Shown: positions 1 through 10,801 of the stretch, piece after piece
Numbering within the stretch: the stretch's first letter is position 1
Layout: each line of letters starts with the position of its first letter
Source: a virus
DNA length: 64,000 nt
Virus record (IMG/VR): IMGVR_UViG_3300050821_017219
Coordinates: 1 to 64,000 of that record
Direction: 5' to 3' (one strand)
Notes under the pieces: model-generated
The model's database searches: none
What the model saw: only the letters and a program-made list of their open reading frames with translations
Told to the model about the DNA's origin: nothing
Program-made: the position numbers and the translations under genes

Positions 1-112
1 TGAATCTTCGCCGTTTGCGTCCGTCCAACAGACGTACGCAAGAGGCGGGCGAATCAACCGCAACGGTCAACGGATGCCGCAACATCCGCGCAACGAAAGT
101 CGAGTCAATCAC

Positions 113-1279
113 ATGGCGAATCTCAACGCAGCATCGTCTCAATGGGCGTCGCGCCCGGCAGACGAACGATTCTGGAATCTCCGCGACATGAAAGCCGCTT
201 GCCTCGCAAGCCGCGCCGGTAGCAAAGTCGTCAAGGCTAAGTTTGGAAGCCTCCGCGCCGAAAACCGCGACGGTAGCCTCGTCGTCGTCGGTGACCGGGG
301 TGTGCCGGCTCACCTGACCCACTACGCCTTCGGCCAGTTCGCCGGGTCTGTCGGCGCGCCGGCCGGCTACTTGCGAGAATTGCCCCCGAGCATCGCGGCG
401 GATTGCCTCAACGTTGGCCTCGCGAAAGCGAGCGAGGAAAACAGGATCGATCGCGACCTGCTCTTTCATACCAATGGCCGTCTCACGCTTCGCGCGTCAC
501 TCAGTGAGCGATACGAGCGGGTGTGGGACTCGGAAGTCTGCGCCTACTTGGAAGGCCTGACCAATGAAGGCTGGAAGAATCCGGCCGGTCGAACTCCGGC
601 GATCCAAGGCGTCGAAAGCCGCGCCGCGACCGACGCTGACATCTTGCCAGGTCAGATCAATATTCACGTTGGCGATTCAATCTCGCCGGCCGGTCTGTAC
701 GCAAGTGATCACGACATGTTCGCCTTCCTGGTCGCGCCGGACCGCACCATCGGCAAGGGAAGTGACACGCTCATGCGCGGCGTTTTCGTCAGAAACAGCG
801 AAGTCGGTGACAGCAGCCTGGTCTTCACGTTCTTCCTCATGCAAGCGGTGTGTGGCAATCATATCGTGTGGGGTGCCGAAGGCGTTCACGAGGTCCGCGT
901 GCGTCACACGGGGGGCGATCCGATGCGAAAGGCGCTTCGCCAGTTCGAGGGAGAATTGCGGCGGTATTCGGATGCTGCGCCCGAGGAAGAGCGAATGATC
1001 GTCGCCGCGAAGTCGCTTCGTCTCGGCGCGAAAAAGGAAGACGTGTTGGATGCGCTCGTGAAGTATGCCAAAACGCATTCGATTCCGCTTTCGCGGCAAC
1101 GCCTCGCGGAGGGCTACGCAACGGCCGAGCGACACGTCGACTGGTATGGCGATCCGAACACCCTTTGGGCGAACGTCGCTGGGTTGACCGAAGCGTCGCA
1201 AACGGTCGGCTTCTCGGATGACCGGTCAACGATTGACCGCGCGGCGGGGAAGCTGCTGGACATGACGGCGGGTTTCTAA
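113..1279 (+). CDS. DUF932-family phage/plasmid protein
   Basis: WASRPADERF N-terminus, LYASDHDMFAFL, RNSEVG and VCGNHIVWG motifs; ATG at 113 is in frame with track ORF 74. Confidence 0.7.
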   Translation: MANLNAASSQWASRPADERFWNLRDMKAACLASRAGSKVVKAKFGSLRAENRDGSLVVVGDRGVPAHLTHYAFGQFAGSVGAPAGYLRELPPSIAADCLNVGLAKASEENRIDRDLLFHTNGRLTLRASLSERYERVWDSEVCAYLEGLTNEGWKNPAGRTPAIQGVESRAATDADILPGQINIHVGDSISPAGLYASDHDMFAFLVAPDRTIGKGSDTLMRGVFVRNSEVGDSSLVFTFFLMQAVCGNHIVWGAEGVHEVRVRHTGGDPMRKALRQFEGELRRYSDAAPEEERMIVAAKSLRLGAKKEDVLDALVKYAKTHSIPLSRQRLAEGYATAERHVDWYGDPNTLWANVAGLTEASQTVGFSDDRSTIDRAAGKLLDMTAGF

Positions 1280-1297
1280 ACGAAAGGAGGTAGGCGA

Positions 1298-1418
1298 GCC
1301 GAGGGTTCAACCTTCGGCCGCCGCAATCAACATCCTGGAGGCTTTAGCGGTACGGGCTTCCGACCCTCTTTGTAGGGTCGTCCTAAGGGCCGACGACTTC
1401 GGGGTGTTGATTGCGGCG
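1298..1418 (+). ncRNA. Structured intergenic RNA/DNA element 1 (small hairpin plus long multi-stem)
   Basis: cgccgcaatcaacatcc (1319-1335) pairs with gggtgttgattgcggcg (1402-1418); inner stem cgaccct/agggtcg; preceding hairpin gccgagg/ccttcggc. Confidence 0.45.
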
Positions 1419-2680
1419 AGGGAAGCCGCGGAGGGATGAGACGATGTCAAAAGAGCTGGACAAGATTCTCGAAGCAGCCGCGATTGAATCGGCCGCCATC
1501 GAAACGCTACGCGATGACTTGAGCGCAGCCGAGAAGCGGCTCGACGCGTTGCGCGCGCAAGCGGAGAAGCAGTTGCAGGCCGACCTTGCGAAGCTGACGG
1601 GCAAGAAGACGCCGCCTAAGAATACGCACAAGCCTGCGAAGGCTGACGCCATCGATACCACCTACAATGAAGCGATGGCGCGGTCATGAAAACGCGCCAA
1701 TACGAAGGCGTGACCTACTACCGGTACCGCCTCACGTTCAAGTCAACCGACGGCAAGCGCCATCGGGTGACGCACTGGTCGCCGGGCCATCCGTGGTTCA
1801 GCAGCGAAGTGACGCGCCGGCTCAACGATCGGAGTGACGTCGCCGAAGGGGCGCGCGTCGTCGTGGCGGGGCCGTCATGAGCCGACGTAGCGCGCACGCG
1901 CAACATTGGCCCTTCACGGATAGCTCGGTAGCCGGTCTCGGCGTCCCTCCGCACAACGACAACGGTACGCCGATCATGACGCTGAGCTACGCGATGGATC
2001 GGTGGGCGTCCGATACGTTCGGGGGGCTCGGGATGGTCGAGTCGATGCTCCAAGAAGAGCGCTACATCAAAGCGAGAAAGGCCTCGCCATGACCGCCTCA
2101 CGCCTCGGAGACGAGTGCTGCCCGGAATGTCACGGCGAAGCCGAAGTCTTTCTCGTCAAGTGGGATCGCCTCGTGAAGCGCTGCCGCGACTGTAGGCACA
2201 AGTGGCTCGAAGAAGTCGTGAGGCCCGCCGTCGAATTCGTCGGCCGCGGAGGTTGGGTCAGATTCAACTTGAAGGAGGGATGATGGCATCGGTAACGTTT
2301 TACAATGTCACAATCACGTATGATGTTGAAGGCAACGGGTCTCTCGTTGCGAAGGAGGCTTACCGCAAACTCTGCGAAGCGCTCTCCACGCTTGATCGGG
2401 TTGGTGCCCACGTCGAATGGGAGACGGATATCTATTCGATCAACAACGGCGAGCATCGCTCTACAGAGGAGCTTCGACGACGATGAAACCGATAAAGAAG
2501 CCGATGATTCGCGACGGCTTCGGTGGTTGGACTGAAGCAAGCGGCGGAGCGCAACGATTCTGGCGAGTCTACAACGCCGACTATGCTTTGGCGTACCGCA
2601 GCTTCGCCGTCGTCGCCTCCGATGCGTCGAAGGTGCTCGGACCCACCCGAACCGGAAAGGCGGTTGACTGAAAGCGATCA

Positions 2681-2817
2681 CCGAAGCCTTCGCGGGTTTC
2701 GGCGTCGCTAGCAGCCGTCGAGCAGACCATCCCCAGCGAGCACGCCACCCTCCCCACATAGGCGCGCTCACTCATCCCCCCAGCTGGGACAACTGCTCGG
2801 CGGCTGCTTGCGGCGAC
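2681..2817 (+). ncRNA. Structured intergenic RNA/DNA element 2 (same hairpin plus long-stem layout)
   Basis: agcagccgtcgagcag (2710-2725) pairs with ctgctcggcggctgct (2793-2808); nested cccagc/gctggg, gagc/gctc, cgcc/ggcg; preceding hairpin ccgaagcc/ggtttcgg. Confidence 0.45.
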
Positions 2818-3107
2818 TTCAAAAACGAAAGGAGAATCGACGATGGATCGGATTAGAACATACAGCGTGAGTATCACCCGCAAAGATTTGCTAAGGATGC
2901 TCGAAGAGACCTTCGCCATCGGACCGGGCGAGGGAGAAGAGATTGAAGTGTCACCGCATTGCGGCGGCCACAATCAGATGCCTGATCAAGTGGTCGTGCG
3001 GGTGACTTTCTCCCGGCGGCCACCGCCGCTCGCCACCGAGACTTGACGGAGACGCCACCAAACCGCAAGCAGGCTCTACAATACACCTCAAACCGACGGA
3101 GAAGACG

Positions 3108-3572
3108 ATGGCATCGACAACCGCGACAACGACAACCGAGACGCTCTATAGCTGCACAATCCACCGCAACGGCCGCCAGCCGTTCGACTTGATCTCTCCC
3201 CAAACGGCCGTCGAAGTCGCGCACCTTCGCGAGACGCATCCAACCTGGCGCATCGAGGCGACGCCGATCATCCCGATCAACAGCGTCGGCAACAAGCGCA
3301 AGCCGAACGCCTACAGTCGCGCGCTCGTCGCCGTCTCGGACCTCTTCAGCCACGCGGGGGAGACCGGCGACGTGGAGCTGCAAGCGCGCGCCGGCAAGGC
3401 CATCGCGGCGCTGCTCAAGAACAGCGGCTTGTCGGCCGATGATGAGCTGCCGAGCTCGACGAAAATGAAGACGGCGCCGCCGAATGGGCCGCAGCAGCCG
3501 TCGCGGCGTTTTGCTTCATTCGAGGCGGACATCTTCACCGATACGACGATGCCGGGGTTGGGCAAGCGATGA
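3108..3572 (+). CDS. Hypothetical phage protein
   Basis: 154-aa ORF with GGAG SD and an upstream TACAAT at 3077-3082. Confidence 0.6.
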   Translation: MASTTATTTTETLYSCTIHRNGRQPFDLISPQTAVEVAHLRETHPTWRIEATPIIPINSVGNKRKPNAYSRALVAVSDLFSHAGETGDVELQARAGKAIAALLKNSGLSADDELPSSTKMKTAPPNGPQQPSRRFASFEADIFTDTTMPGLGKR

Positions 3573-4594
3573 GACGCTTCGTTATTGACTTCGCCGTCGC
3601 AATCATCGTCGTCTCTGTTTGTTTCGGAGTCGTCGCTGCTCGAAACAAAATCGCATCGATGCCCGAGACGCGCCACTTCGACGCCGGCAGTAGCGACTGA
3701 ACGTGACCGCGAGTGACGCCATCTTCGTCTTCTGGTGCCTTCTCGCTGCTGCTCTACTCGTCGACCACTTCAAACGCCATCACTGAGGTTCCAATGATTG
3801 ATTTCGATACGCCAGAGGAAGGAAGTGTGTGGGCGCAAGCGATGGCGAGCGCTATCACTTATGCGGCGGCGCTTCGCGGCAAAATCGACAGTCAAGTTTT
3901 ACATGATGATGTCTACACCATCGCCGATGACGCCGTCGTCGCCTTCCGTAAGCGCGATGCTACTCGACGGCAACGTAACGAAAGCCGATGATGGCGCGCC
4001 CTGAGCATCGCGACTGCATCGCTCCCCCCGCACCGCGCCGCGGGCTGCTCCGGCTGCTTCGCCGATCGAAGGCGACGCTGATTCCCAAGCCGATGCCGCC
4101 GTCGAAGAAGTGGCGCGACATTGAAGAGACCGCCGTCGATACCGTCAGACCAGGCGTCAGATTGAAGGAAGAAAAGGGTATGCAGTTCGAAGTCTGCGAG
4201 GTCAAGTCAAACGATCGAATCGGTATCGTCGAAGGCGACAATTATGTTACGGCGGCGCTATCTGCGGCTTCGATGTTCTTCAACAAGCAAACGGCGCGTC
4301 GCGAGACGGGCTGGGGTGGGCAGCCGGGGGTGTTCGCCGCGTTCGATTTGGATGAGGAGAAAACCGTCAACTTTTTGTTGAGGCAGCTATGAGCAAACGG
4401 AGCGCGATCATCGTAGCCGCGACCGTCGAAGTGCAGTGCCCGTACTGCGGAGATCCGCAACCCTCGCCAGACAACGGGTCGCACGCGTGGATGCCCTCGC
4501 AGATAGTAACGTTGCAGGGGCCGCGGGTCTGCGTTTCATGCGAAGAGCAGTTCATTCTACATACCCAAAGTCGCGTTAGCGTAGAGAAGCAACT

Positions 4595-5089
4595 ATGAGC
4601 AAGCACCACACCTACGCCGGGGAAGCGACTCACCATCACACCGATGGCTCGATTCATCGCTTTACGCCAGCGAAAAATTCGAGACTGAAGACGTATCACG
4701 AAGCGGTTCGCGAGAATCCAACGACTCGCCTCAGTAGCGGCGGTCTCTCGGCGCGTCTTTTCGTCGGCCTCAACGTCGGACAGAAGCGCGGCTACACCGT
4801 CGATGACGTCGTCGAGATCGTCTGGAAGGTTCGCAAGAAACAGAAGCGCAGCGGCGATGCTTCAATCCTAGCGCAGAAGGGCATCTACGAAGACCGCTCG
4901 GGCAAGCGCGTGACGGAGCCTTCGGTTCAAATAATCATCATCGACTTCTCCGGTGCGGCGAAGGATGTCTTCACGTCGGAGATGGAAGGGTTGGCCGAAA
5001 CGCTTTGCAAGCAGATGAAACAAGAGACGGTCATTCTCGAAATCCAGAAGCGTGGCGTCGTCGAAGACGTCTACTCGGTGACGGCATGA
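4595..5089 (+). CDS. Possible SAM-lyase-like / DUF3574-like ferredoxin-fold protein
   Basis: LFVGLN...KGIY...G..V.EPSV.III...LAETLCKQMKQETVILE pattern resembles the G-x-Y/W...E-x-S...Q-E-x-V-L signature. Confidence 0.4.
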   Translation: MSKHHTYAGEATHHHTDGSIHRFTPAKNSRLKTYHEAVRENPTTRLSSGGLSARLFVGLNVGQKRGYTVDDVVEIVWKVRKKQKRSGDASILAQKGIYEDRSGKRVTEPSVQIIIIDFSGAAKDVFTSEMEGLAETLCKQMKQETVILEIQKRGVVEDVYSVTA

Positions 5090-6229
5090 AGCGGCGACGC
5101 GGCTATGGTTTGAAAAATCGTCGCGATTCGTCTTGCGTCGAAGCGGCGACTTGCGAAGTCTGCGAAGCCGTCGAGGCAACGCCCGGCGACTTTAGCTGTC
5201 TCGAAGGGTTTCTCGTCTGCGAGAGATGCGCAACGAATTCGTCAAAGTTGAAAACGATGCGCAAGAAGGCTGATGCAACATCTCAAAAAGAAAGAGAGTC
5301 GCCATGAAGTGGATCCGCACCACCGACGGCGACAAGGCGCACGCCATCTTCAAACGCCACGACGATAAAACAGTATGTGGAATTCGATTGCGTCACGCGG
5401 CAACGATTGTTTCACCTGCCGAAGACAATCGCTGCGAAAATTGCGATCATGAATGGCGGCGACAGGCGAGGAAGAATAAACCGAAGGCGAAGCCGTCGAA
5501 TGATTATACATCGCGGTTTACCTTTCGCGATTGGGAGGAGTCATGACGGCGACACGCAACACCGACGAGCGTTTCGCAATCCGGACTCTCGTCGACAACC
5601 GCGAGAATGGGCTTTCGTTGGCCATCTCATTTTTCTTCAATACCATCGTGACGGCTGACGATATAAAAGCAATCTATTCTGGCCGACCAGTCGACGACGA
5701 AAAATGGTCGATTGTGAAACGCGTTTTGAAAGAGCGGCTTGCGAAGGATCCGTCGGCCGAAGAGGTGCGGGCGACGCTCGACCGGGCGATGAAGGAGCAG
5801 CGATGAGCGAAGGCGCATTCAAAGGCCGACCACCGGATCTGATCCTGAAGGCCAAATCGAAGGCGAGTGGTGGCGGACGCCGCATCGGAGCCGGCTGGGT
5901 CAACGACAACGGTAAGTTAGGGCAGACCGTCTCGATTCAACTCGACACTTGCGTCACCATCTCGTGGAACGACGACGTCTTTCTTCTGCTTGTCCCCTCG
6001 AAGGAAGAGGCGAGAGAATGATTCGCACACCTCCGCCCGACGGCAACAACGACGAGCTCATCAACGCCTGCGAAAAAGCACGCCGTCTTTTAGAGCTACT
6101 GTCTGAGCTGGTCGACGAGTCGCAGCGCGTCTGTCCGCACCCACTCGAGCATCGCCGCAGAGCGCATTTTACAGCATCTAACGATACGCCGTGGTGTCGC
6201 CTATGCCACAAGAAGCTACTGGAGGTGCC

Positions 6230-7840
6230 GTGATTCGCATCAGCCATCGCGGCGGCCCCCTCTACGCGTTGGTCGGCCCGTGGAATGAAACCGTCAAAGA
6301 CGTCTGCAAGTCGACGCCGGGAATGCAGTGGCAGCCTATACAACGCGCGTGGGTCGGCTACAGCGACGCCGTTGATTGTGTATCGACGCGTCTGCGAAAC
6401 GAAGGCGTCGAAGTCGCAGGCGACATCAAAATCGATTCGTCTAAAGACGTATCGACATTCGCCATCTGCTACGAAAGCTTGCGCGATTATCAGCGAACTG
6501 GTGTCGAATTCTTGGTCGATCATGCGCGCGAGGGCTGCATCCTCGCCGACGATATGGCGCTCGGGAAGACGATCCAATCGATTCGCGCCGCTCGCGCCTT
6601 CAAAGATAAGACGGTCGTTGTCTGCCCGTCGTTCGTCAAGAATCACTGGCTGGACGAGCTGAAGAAGTGGTGGCCATCGGCAACGACGCGAATTCTTTCA
6701 GGCGTCAAAACAACTGACATCATCGATAACTCCGTCGATGTCGTCATCGTCAACTACGACATACTACACGCGTGGCTTCCGACGCTCATCGTATGGCAGG
6801 CGAAGACGCTCATCGTCGACGAGCTGCATTATCTGATGACGCCGTCGTCACGACGAACGAACGCCGCACGCGACTTGGCGCGAACCTGCCAACAGCGCAT
6901 CGGCTTGACTGGCACACCCAAACCGAGTCACGTCAAGAATCTTTGGGCGGCCGTCGATGTCTTATCCGAAAGCCGCTTCGGCAAAACCTTCTTCGGCTTT
7001 GGCCTTCGCTACTGCAACGGTCATCAAGTCTCGATTGACATATTTCAGGAGGGTATCAAAGCGACACGCAACGTTTGGGATTTTTCCGGTAGCAGTCACG
7101 AAGATGAATTACGTCATCGCCTCTCGTTCTTCATGCTTCGCCGTCTGAAGTCAGAAGTGTCTATTCAATTGCCGGCGGTGACGCGTCAGATCATCGAAGT
7201 GGAAGTCAAGGCGCCAAAGTTTTCGCTATCGAAATCGCTGCAGTCTGATCGCGCGTTGCGGAAGGCGCTCGACATCGCAGCAGACCAAAAAATCCCACAA
7301 GCCATCGATTTGGTCAGAAGCTACGTCGAGTCTGGTCGCAAAGTCGTCTGCTTCGGCTACCGCAAAGCCATCGCAGCGGCAATCGCCGAAGGCGTCAGGC
7401 AACATCTAAAATCAAAAATAGAAGTTGTTACCGGCGACATCGACGTCAAAAAACGGTTGGCCATCGTCGCATCGCAGCCTGACTTACTTTGCGCAACGAT
7501 GGATTCGCTAGGCGTCGGGGTGAGCCTCGCCTACGCCGACGTCGGCATCTTCGTCGAGTTGCATTACACCCCGTCGACGCTTATGCAGTGCGAAGCGCGT
7601 ATCCCACGGTCCGACTCGAAGGCGAGCAACGTCTTGATCGTCTACTTGATCGCGCGTGGAACCGCCGATGACATCATCAAACGAATCGTCATCTCGAAGA
7701 TGGCGATCGACGAGAAGATCATCGGCAAGTCGACGTCGAAACTTTTCGACGAATTGAATGCGGCGGCGTCGGTGTCCGTCTCAGAGAAGATGCGCAAACT
7801 TTACGAGAGACTTCTCGAGCAAGACGAGGATGCAGCATGA
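6230..7840 (+). CDS. SNF2-family (SF2) helicase
   Basis: LRDYQ Q-motif, ADDMALGKT Walker A, VDELH, LTGTP, MLRRLKSEV; GTG start after GGAGG. Confidence 0.88.
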   Translation: MIRISHRGGPLYALVGPWNETVKDVCKSTPGMQWQPIQRAWVGYSDAVDCVSTRLRNEGVEVAGDIKIDSSKDVSTFAICYESLRDYQRTGVEFLVDHAREGCILADDMALGKTIQSIRAARAFKDKTVVVCPSFVKNHWLDELKKWWPSATTRILSGVKTTDIIDNSVDVVIVNYDILHAWLPTLIVWQAKTLIVDELHYLMTPSSRRTNAARDLARTCQQRIGLTGTPKPSHVKNLWAAVDVLSESRFGKTFFGFGLRYCNGHQVSIDIFQEGIKATRNVWDFSGSSHEDELRHRLSFFMLRRLKSEVSIQLPAVTRQIIEVEVKAPKFSLSKSLQSDRALRKALDIAADQKIPQAIDLVRSYVESGRKVVCFGYRKAIAAAIAEGVRQHLKSKIEVVTGDIDVKKRLAIVASQPDLLCATMDSLGVGVSLAYADVGIFVELHYTPSTLMQCEARIPRSDSKASNVLIVYLIARGTADDIIKRIVISKMAIDEKIIGKSTSKLFDELNAAASVSVSEKMRKLYERLLEQDEDAA

Positions 7841-8148
7841 GCTACCGCCAGAAATGCGCCGGTCGTCGGATGCGCCGAAGGCTACGCGAGCGTCTCTGGT
7901 TCATCCGTAACGGCTGGACATTCGTCTACTACGACATCGCCGACGCATGCTACTGGAGCAAAGGCAAAGGCAAATGAGTCGTTGTGGAGACGAAACTGAG
8001 ACGTCGCCGTCGCGGAAAAATTGGCGGCAAGCAGCCTCTGCAGCTAGCCTTAGGCTGCTTTTCATTTTCGGCGGTTGGCTCTTCGACGCGGGGGTTGCTC
8101 TGATGGCACTCTCGTTCAGCGCAGAGTGGGAGAAGACGAGGCGAAGTC

Positions 8149-8778
8149 ATGCGACGTGGCATCAGAAAAGCGAATTCGATCGCCGTTACGTCTTCAAGAA
8201 TCCGAAGCCTCGTCATGACGTCAATTAGTCTCGCAGCGACGGCTTGTGGCGGCGCGCCGTTTCAGCTTGGCGTTGTGTATGATGGTGGTGTCGTCGGAGA
8301 CGATGTCGTTACGGCTGACGTCGTGTCGGATTCAATCGTCGTCGATGCCGGTCGAGACGTGAAGCTGGCGTTGCGTCATGACAGCGGCGCTGAAGCTAAC
8401 GTTTTCATTGAAGCTGACGTCGATGCTTCGATTGATTCTTCTTTCATTGACGTCATTGATATCGACGTCATCGATGCGAAGAAAGAAGCCGAAGCTGACG
8501 TCGCTATCGAAGCTGCGCCTGTATGCACGCCAGTGACACCCGTAGCGACTATTTGTGGATCAAACCAAGCCGTCGTCTCGGCGCCGCAGTCTTACTGCTG
8601 GTTGACGGGTCTCGGCGGTACATCCACCAGTGGCGAAGCGCGCGCGATGCCGCAAGGGTGCCGCTGCCAAGAGACGTACGACTGCGGCTGCTTGCTGGCG
8701 GCGGGAATCTCATGCGGTGCGGCAATGGCGTTGCATTGTGGTTTGAGCAACGGAATCGTCGTAGTGAGTTGCACATGA
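8149..8778 (+). CDS. Putative lipoprotein with Asp/Ala-rich linker and Cys-rich C-terminus
   Basis: LAATAC-GG lipobox; DGG/DAG/DSG/DAS linker; many Cys in the C-terminal domain. Confidence 0.6.
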   Translation: MRRGIRKANSIAVTSSRIRSLVMTSISLAATACGGAPFQLGVVYDGGVVGDDVVTADVVSDSIVVDAGRDVKLALRHDSGAEANVFIEADVDASIDSSFIDVIDIDVIDAKKEAEADVAIEAAPVCTPVTPVATICGSNQAVVSAPQSYCWLTGLGGTSTSGEARAMPQGCRCQETYDCGCLLAAGISCGAAMALHCGLSNGIVVVSCT

Positions 8779-9231
8779 AGAAAAAAGACGATTTCTCCGC
8801 GCAGTGCGAAGCGCTGGGGGGCTTCATGACCCTCCCCGAACGCATCGCCGTGCTTCGCGAGATCGCGTCCTATTACGCCGTCGGGCCGAATCGCGCGCAT
8901 CGACGCCGTGATGTCGTGCGACTCGCCAGGGCCGTCCTCGCGCTGACAGACTTCGTTACCGAAGCCGAACGTCGCGAGCGAGCTGCGTTTCGCGTCCAAT
9001 TAGACGACGTCCTCGACGCGCTCGACCGCGCCCTGGCGAAGGAGAGTAAGTGATGACCACCAGATATGACCGGGCCGACAGGAGTAGAGCTCGCATGGCT
9101 CTACGGTGTAGCCTCTCTGTCGGCGCGCGCATTGCGGAACTGGAGCGCACCGTCGACGTGCTCAGGAACCTGTCGCTACCGGAGGGCCGCGCTGCGTTCG
9201 TTCAGCTCGGCCCGGCGAAGGAGCAGAAGAC

Positions 9232-9744
9232 GTGACCGACTCAGTAGAACGCGACGTGCAATGTCAGGCGTGCGGCCGATGGCACCCGAGAGAGCGCGCT
9301 TGCCAGGTGAGCACCGAAGATCTGCTGAAGCGCGCAGCCCTGGCAGAGAGCGCGAAGCCTCCGGCGTCGGCGGAGACGGACATACTCGGGCTACAGCTTG
9401 CCGAAATCGCGAGACTCAGTGCCGCGCTGGACGCAGAGCGCGCCGCGCACGAAGCGACGAAGCACAAGGCCGCCGCCGACCTCTCCGAGGCGCACCGACT
9501 CTACGCGCGAGGGATGGGCGAGCTGCGCGCGGACGTCGAGCGCCTCACCCGAGAACGCGACGAATCGCGTTCGGAACTCGCGAACGTGAAGATGGGCGCG
9601 AACGAACTACATCACGAAGTGCAGCGACTCACCCGGAAGCTGGCGGAGATGCGGAAGCTGCTTGAGTGTTGGGTGGACCACGGCGGGGCTCTCGATCTGT
9701 GGGATGACACGCGCGCCGCGCTCGCGCGGCGGAGCGGCAAGTGA
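9232..9744 (+). CDS. Coiled-coil hypothetical protein with N-terminal CxxC
   Basis: CQACGRWH motif followed by heptad-rich helix. Confidence 0.55.
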   Translation: MTDSVERDVQCQACGRWHPRERACQVSTEDLLKRAALAESAKPPASAETDILGLQLAEIARLSAALDAERAAHEATKHKAAADLSEAHRLYARGMGELRADVERLTRERDESRSELANVKMGANELHHEVQRLTRKLAEMRKLLECWVDHGGALDLWDDTRAALARRSGK

Positions 9745-9762
9745 ACAACGGAAGGACTGACC

Positions 9763-10620
9763 ATGAAACTCATCGCAATACTCGCACTCACGCTCGTAGC
9801 GTGTGGATCCTCGACGTCGCCAACCGATGGGGAGGTAGCGTCACAGGCCTCGGCCTCGTCGTGCTTTTGCGGAGGGCGCATCGTCGCGTGCTACGACTGT
9901 CCGCCATACCATTCGGCACCCGCTGGCACGCCGAGCAACATCCATCAGTGGCTATCCATGCAACAGACGCCGCCGGACACCTATAATGGTCAGCCGACGC
10001 AGGTCCCGCAAATGTGGAAATTCGTGTACGCGGAAATGACCGTGCCTCCAGTTCCGCCAACCGGTGGCGACCATGAGGTCGGGTACTGGGCGAGTATCCA
10101 TTCTTTCGATGGCACGTTTATCGTCCAGCCGTTCATCCAGTTCGGATCGCGTTGGGACTGTCAACCGCATCCGAGCGATGGCTGGTACATGATGGCCTAC
10201 GCGCTCGACAACCGCACCACTGCTTCCTGCGGATCCGGCGCGGTCGCCGTCAACCCCGGCGATCTGATCACGTTCCAGATCACCCTGCTCTCCACCGACG
10301 GAGCCGATGATACGTGGGGGCTCTCCGCAGAGGACGTCAATTCGCGCGTTTTCGTCAGCAATACGCACGTCGCTCCGCGCGTGCCGAATATGCTCGATTT
10401 TTCCCAAGAATGGCTCAACGTGTCATGCGACGGCACGCCGTCGGCGACATTGAATTACATTTCGGCGCTGTCCGGTCCTGCGGACGCAACGATCGCTAGT
10501 GCGGCCTCCGCGATGAGCTTCTCGAAGGTCATTATCGACGACGGCACTTGCGGCCGTGATATATCGGCGGACCTGCAGTTCGGTATCCCAACGTTGGCGG
10601 AGGTCTGGTGGACACTCTGA
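9763..10620 (+). CDS. Lipoprotein, possible peptidase G1-like (concanavalin-like beta-sandwich) domain
   Basis: MKLIAILALTLVAC lipobox; MTVPPVP...YW.SI...IVQP.IQFG...VNPGD.I pattern. Confidence 0.5.
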   Translation: MKLIAILALTLVACGSSTSPTDGEVASQASASSCFCGGRIVACYDCPPYHSAPAGTPSNIHQWLSMQQTPPDTYNGQPTQVPQMWKFVYAEMTVPPVPPTGGDHEVGYWASIHSFDGTFIVQPFIQFGSRWDCQPHPSDGWYMMAYALDNRTTASCGSGAVAVNPGDLITFQITLLSTDGADDTWGLSAEDVNSRVFVSNTHVAPRVPNMLDFSQEWLNVSCDGTPSATLNYISALSGPADATIASAASAMSFSKVIIDDGTCGRDISADLQFGIPTLAEVWWTL

Positions 10621-10801
10621 TAGTTGTGGTCGTAGTACTCGTCGTCTCCGTACTCTCGGGGTGCACATCGGAGACGGCGCCGCCGTGCCAGGAACCGGTG
10701 TGCTACCACACCTATCCGGCACCATGGGACGGGGGAGTGGTGACCGATGGTGGTGCACAAGATGGTCCGGACTAGGACATTCAGCCCGCTAGGAGAACAT
10801 T

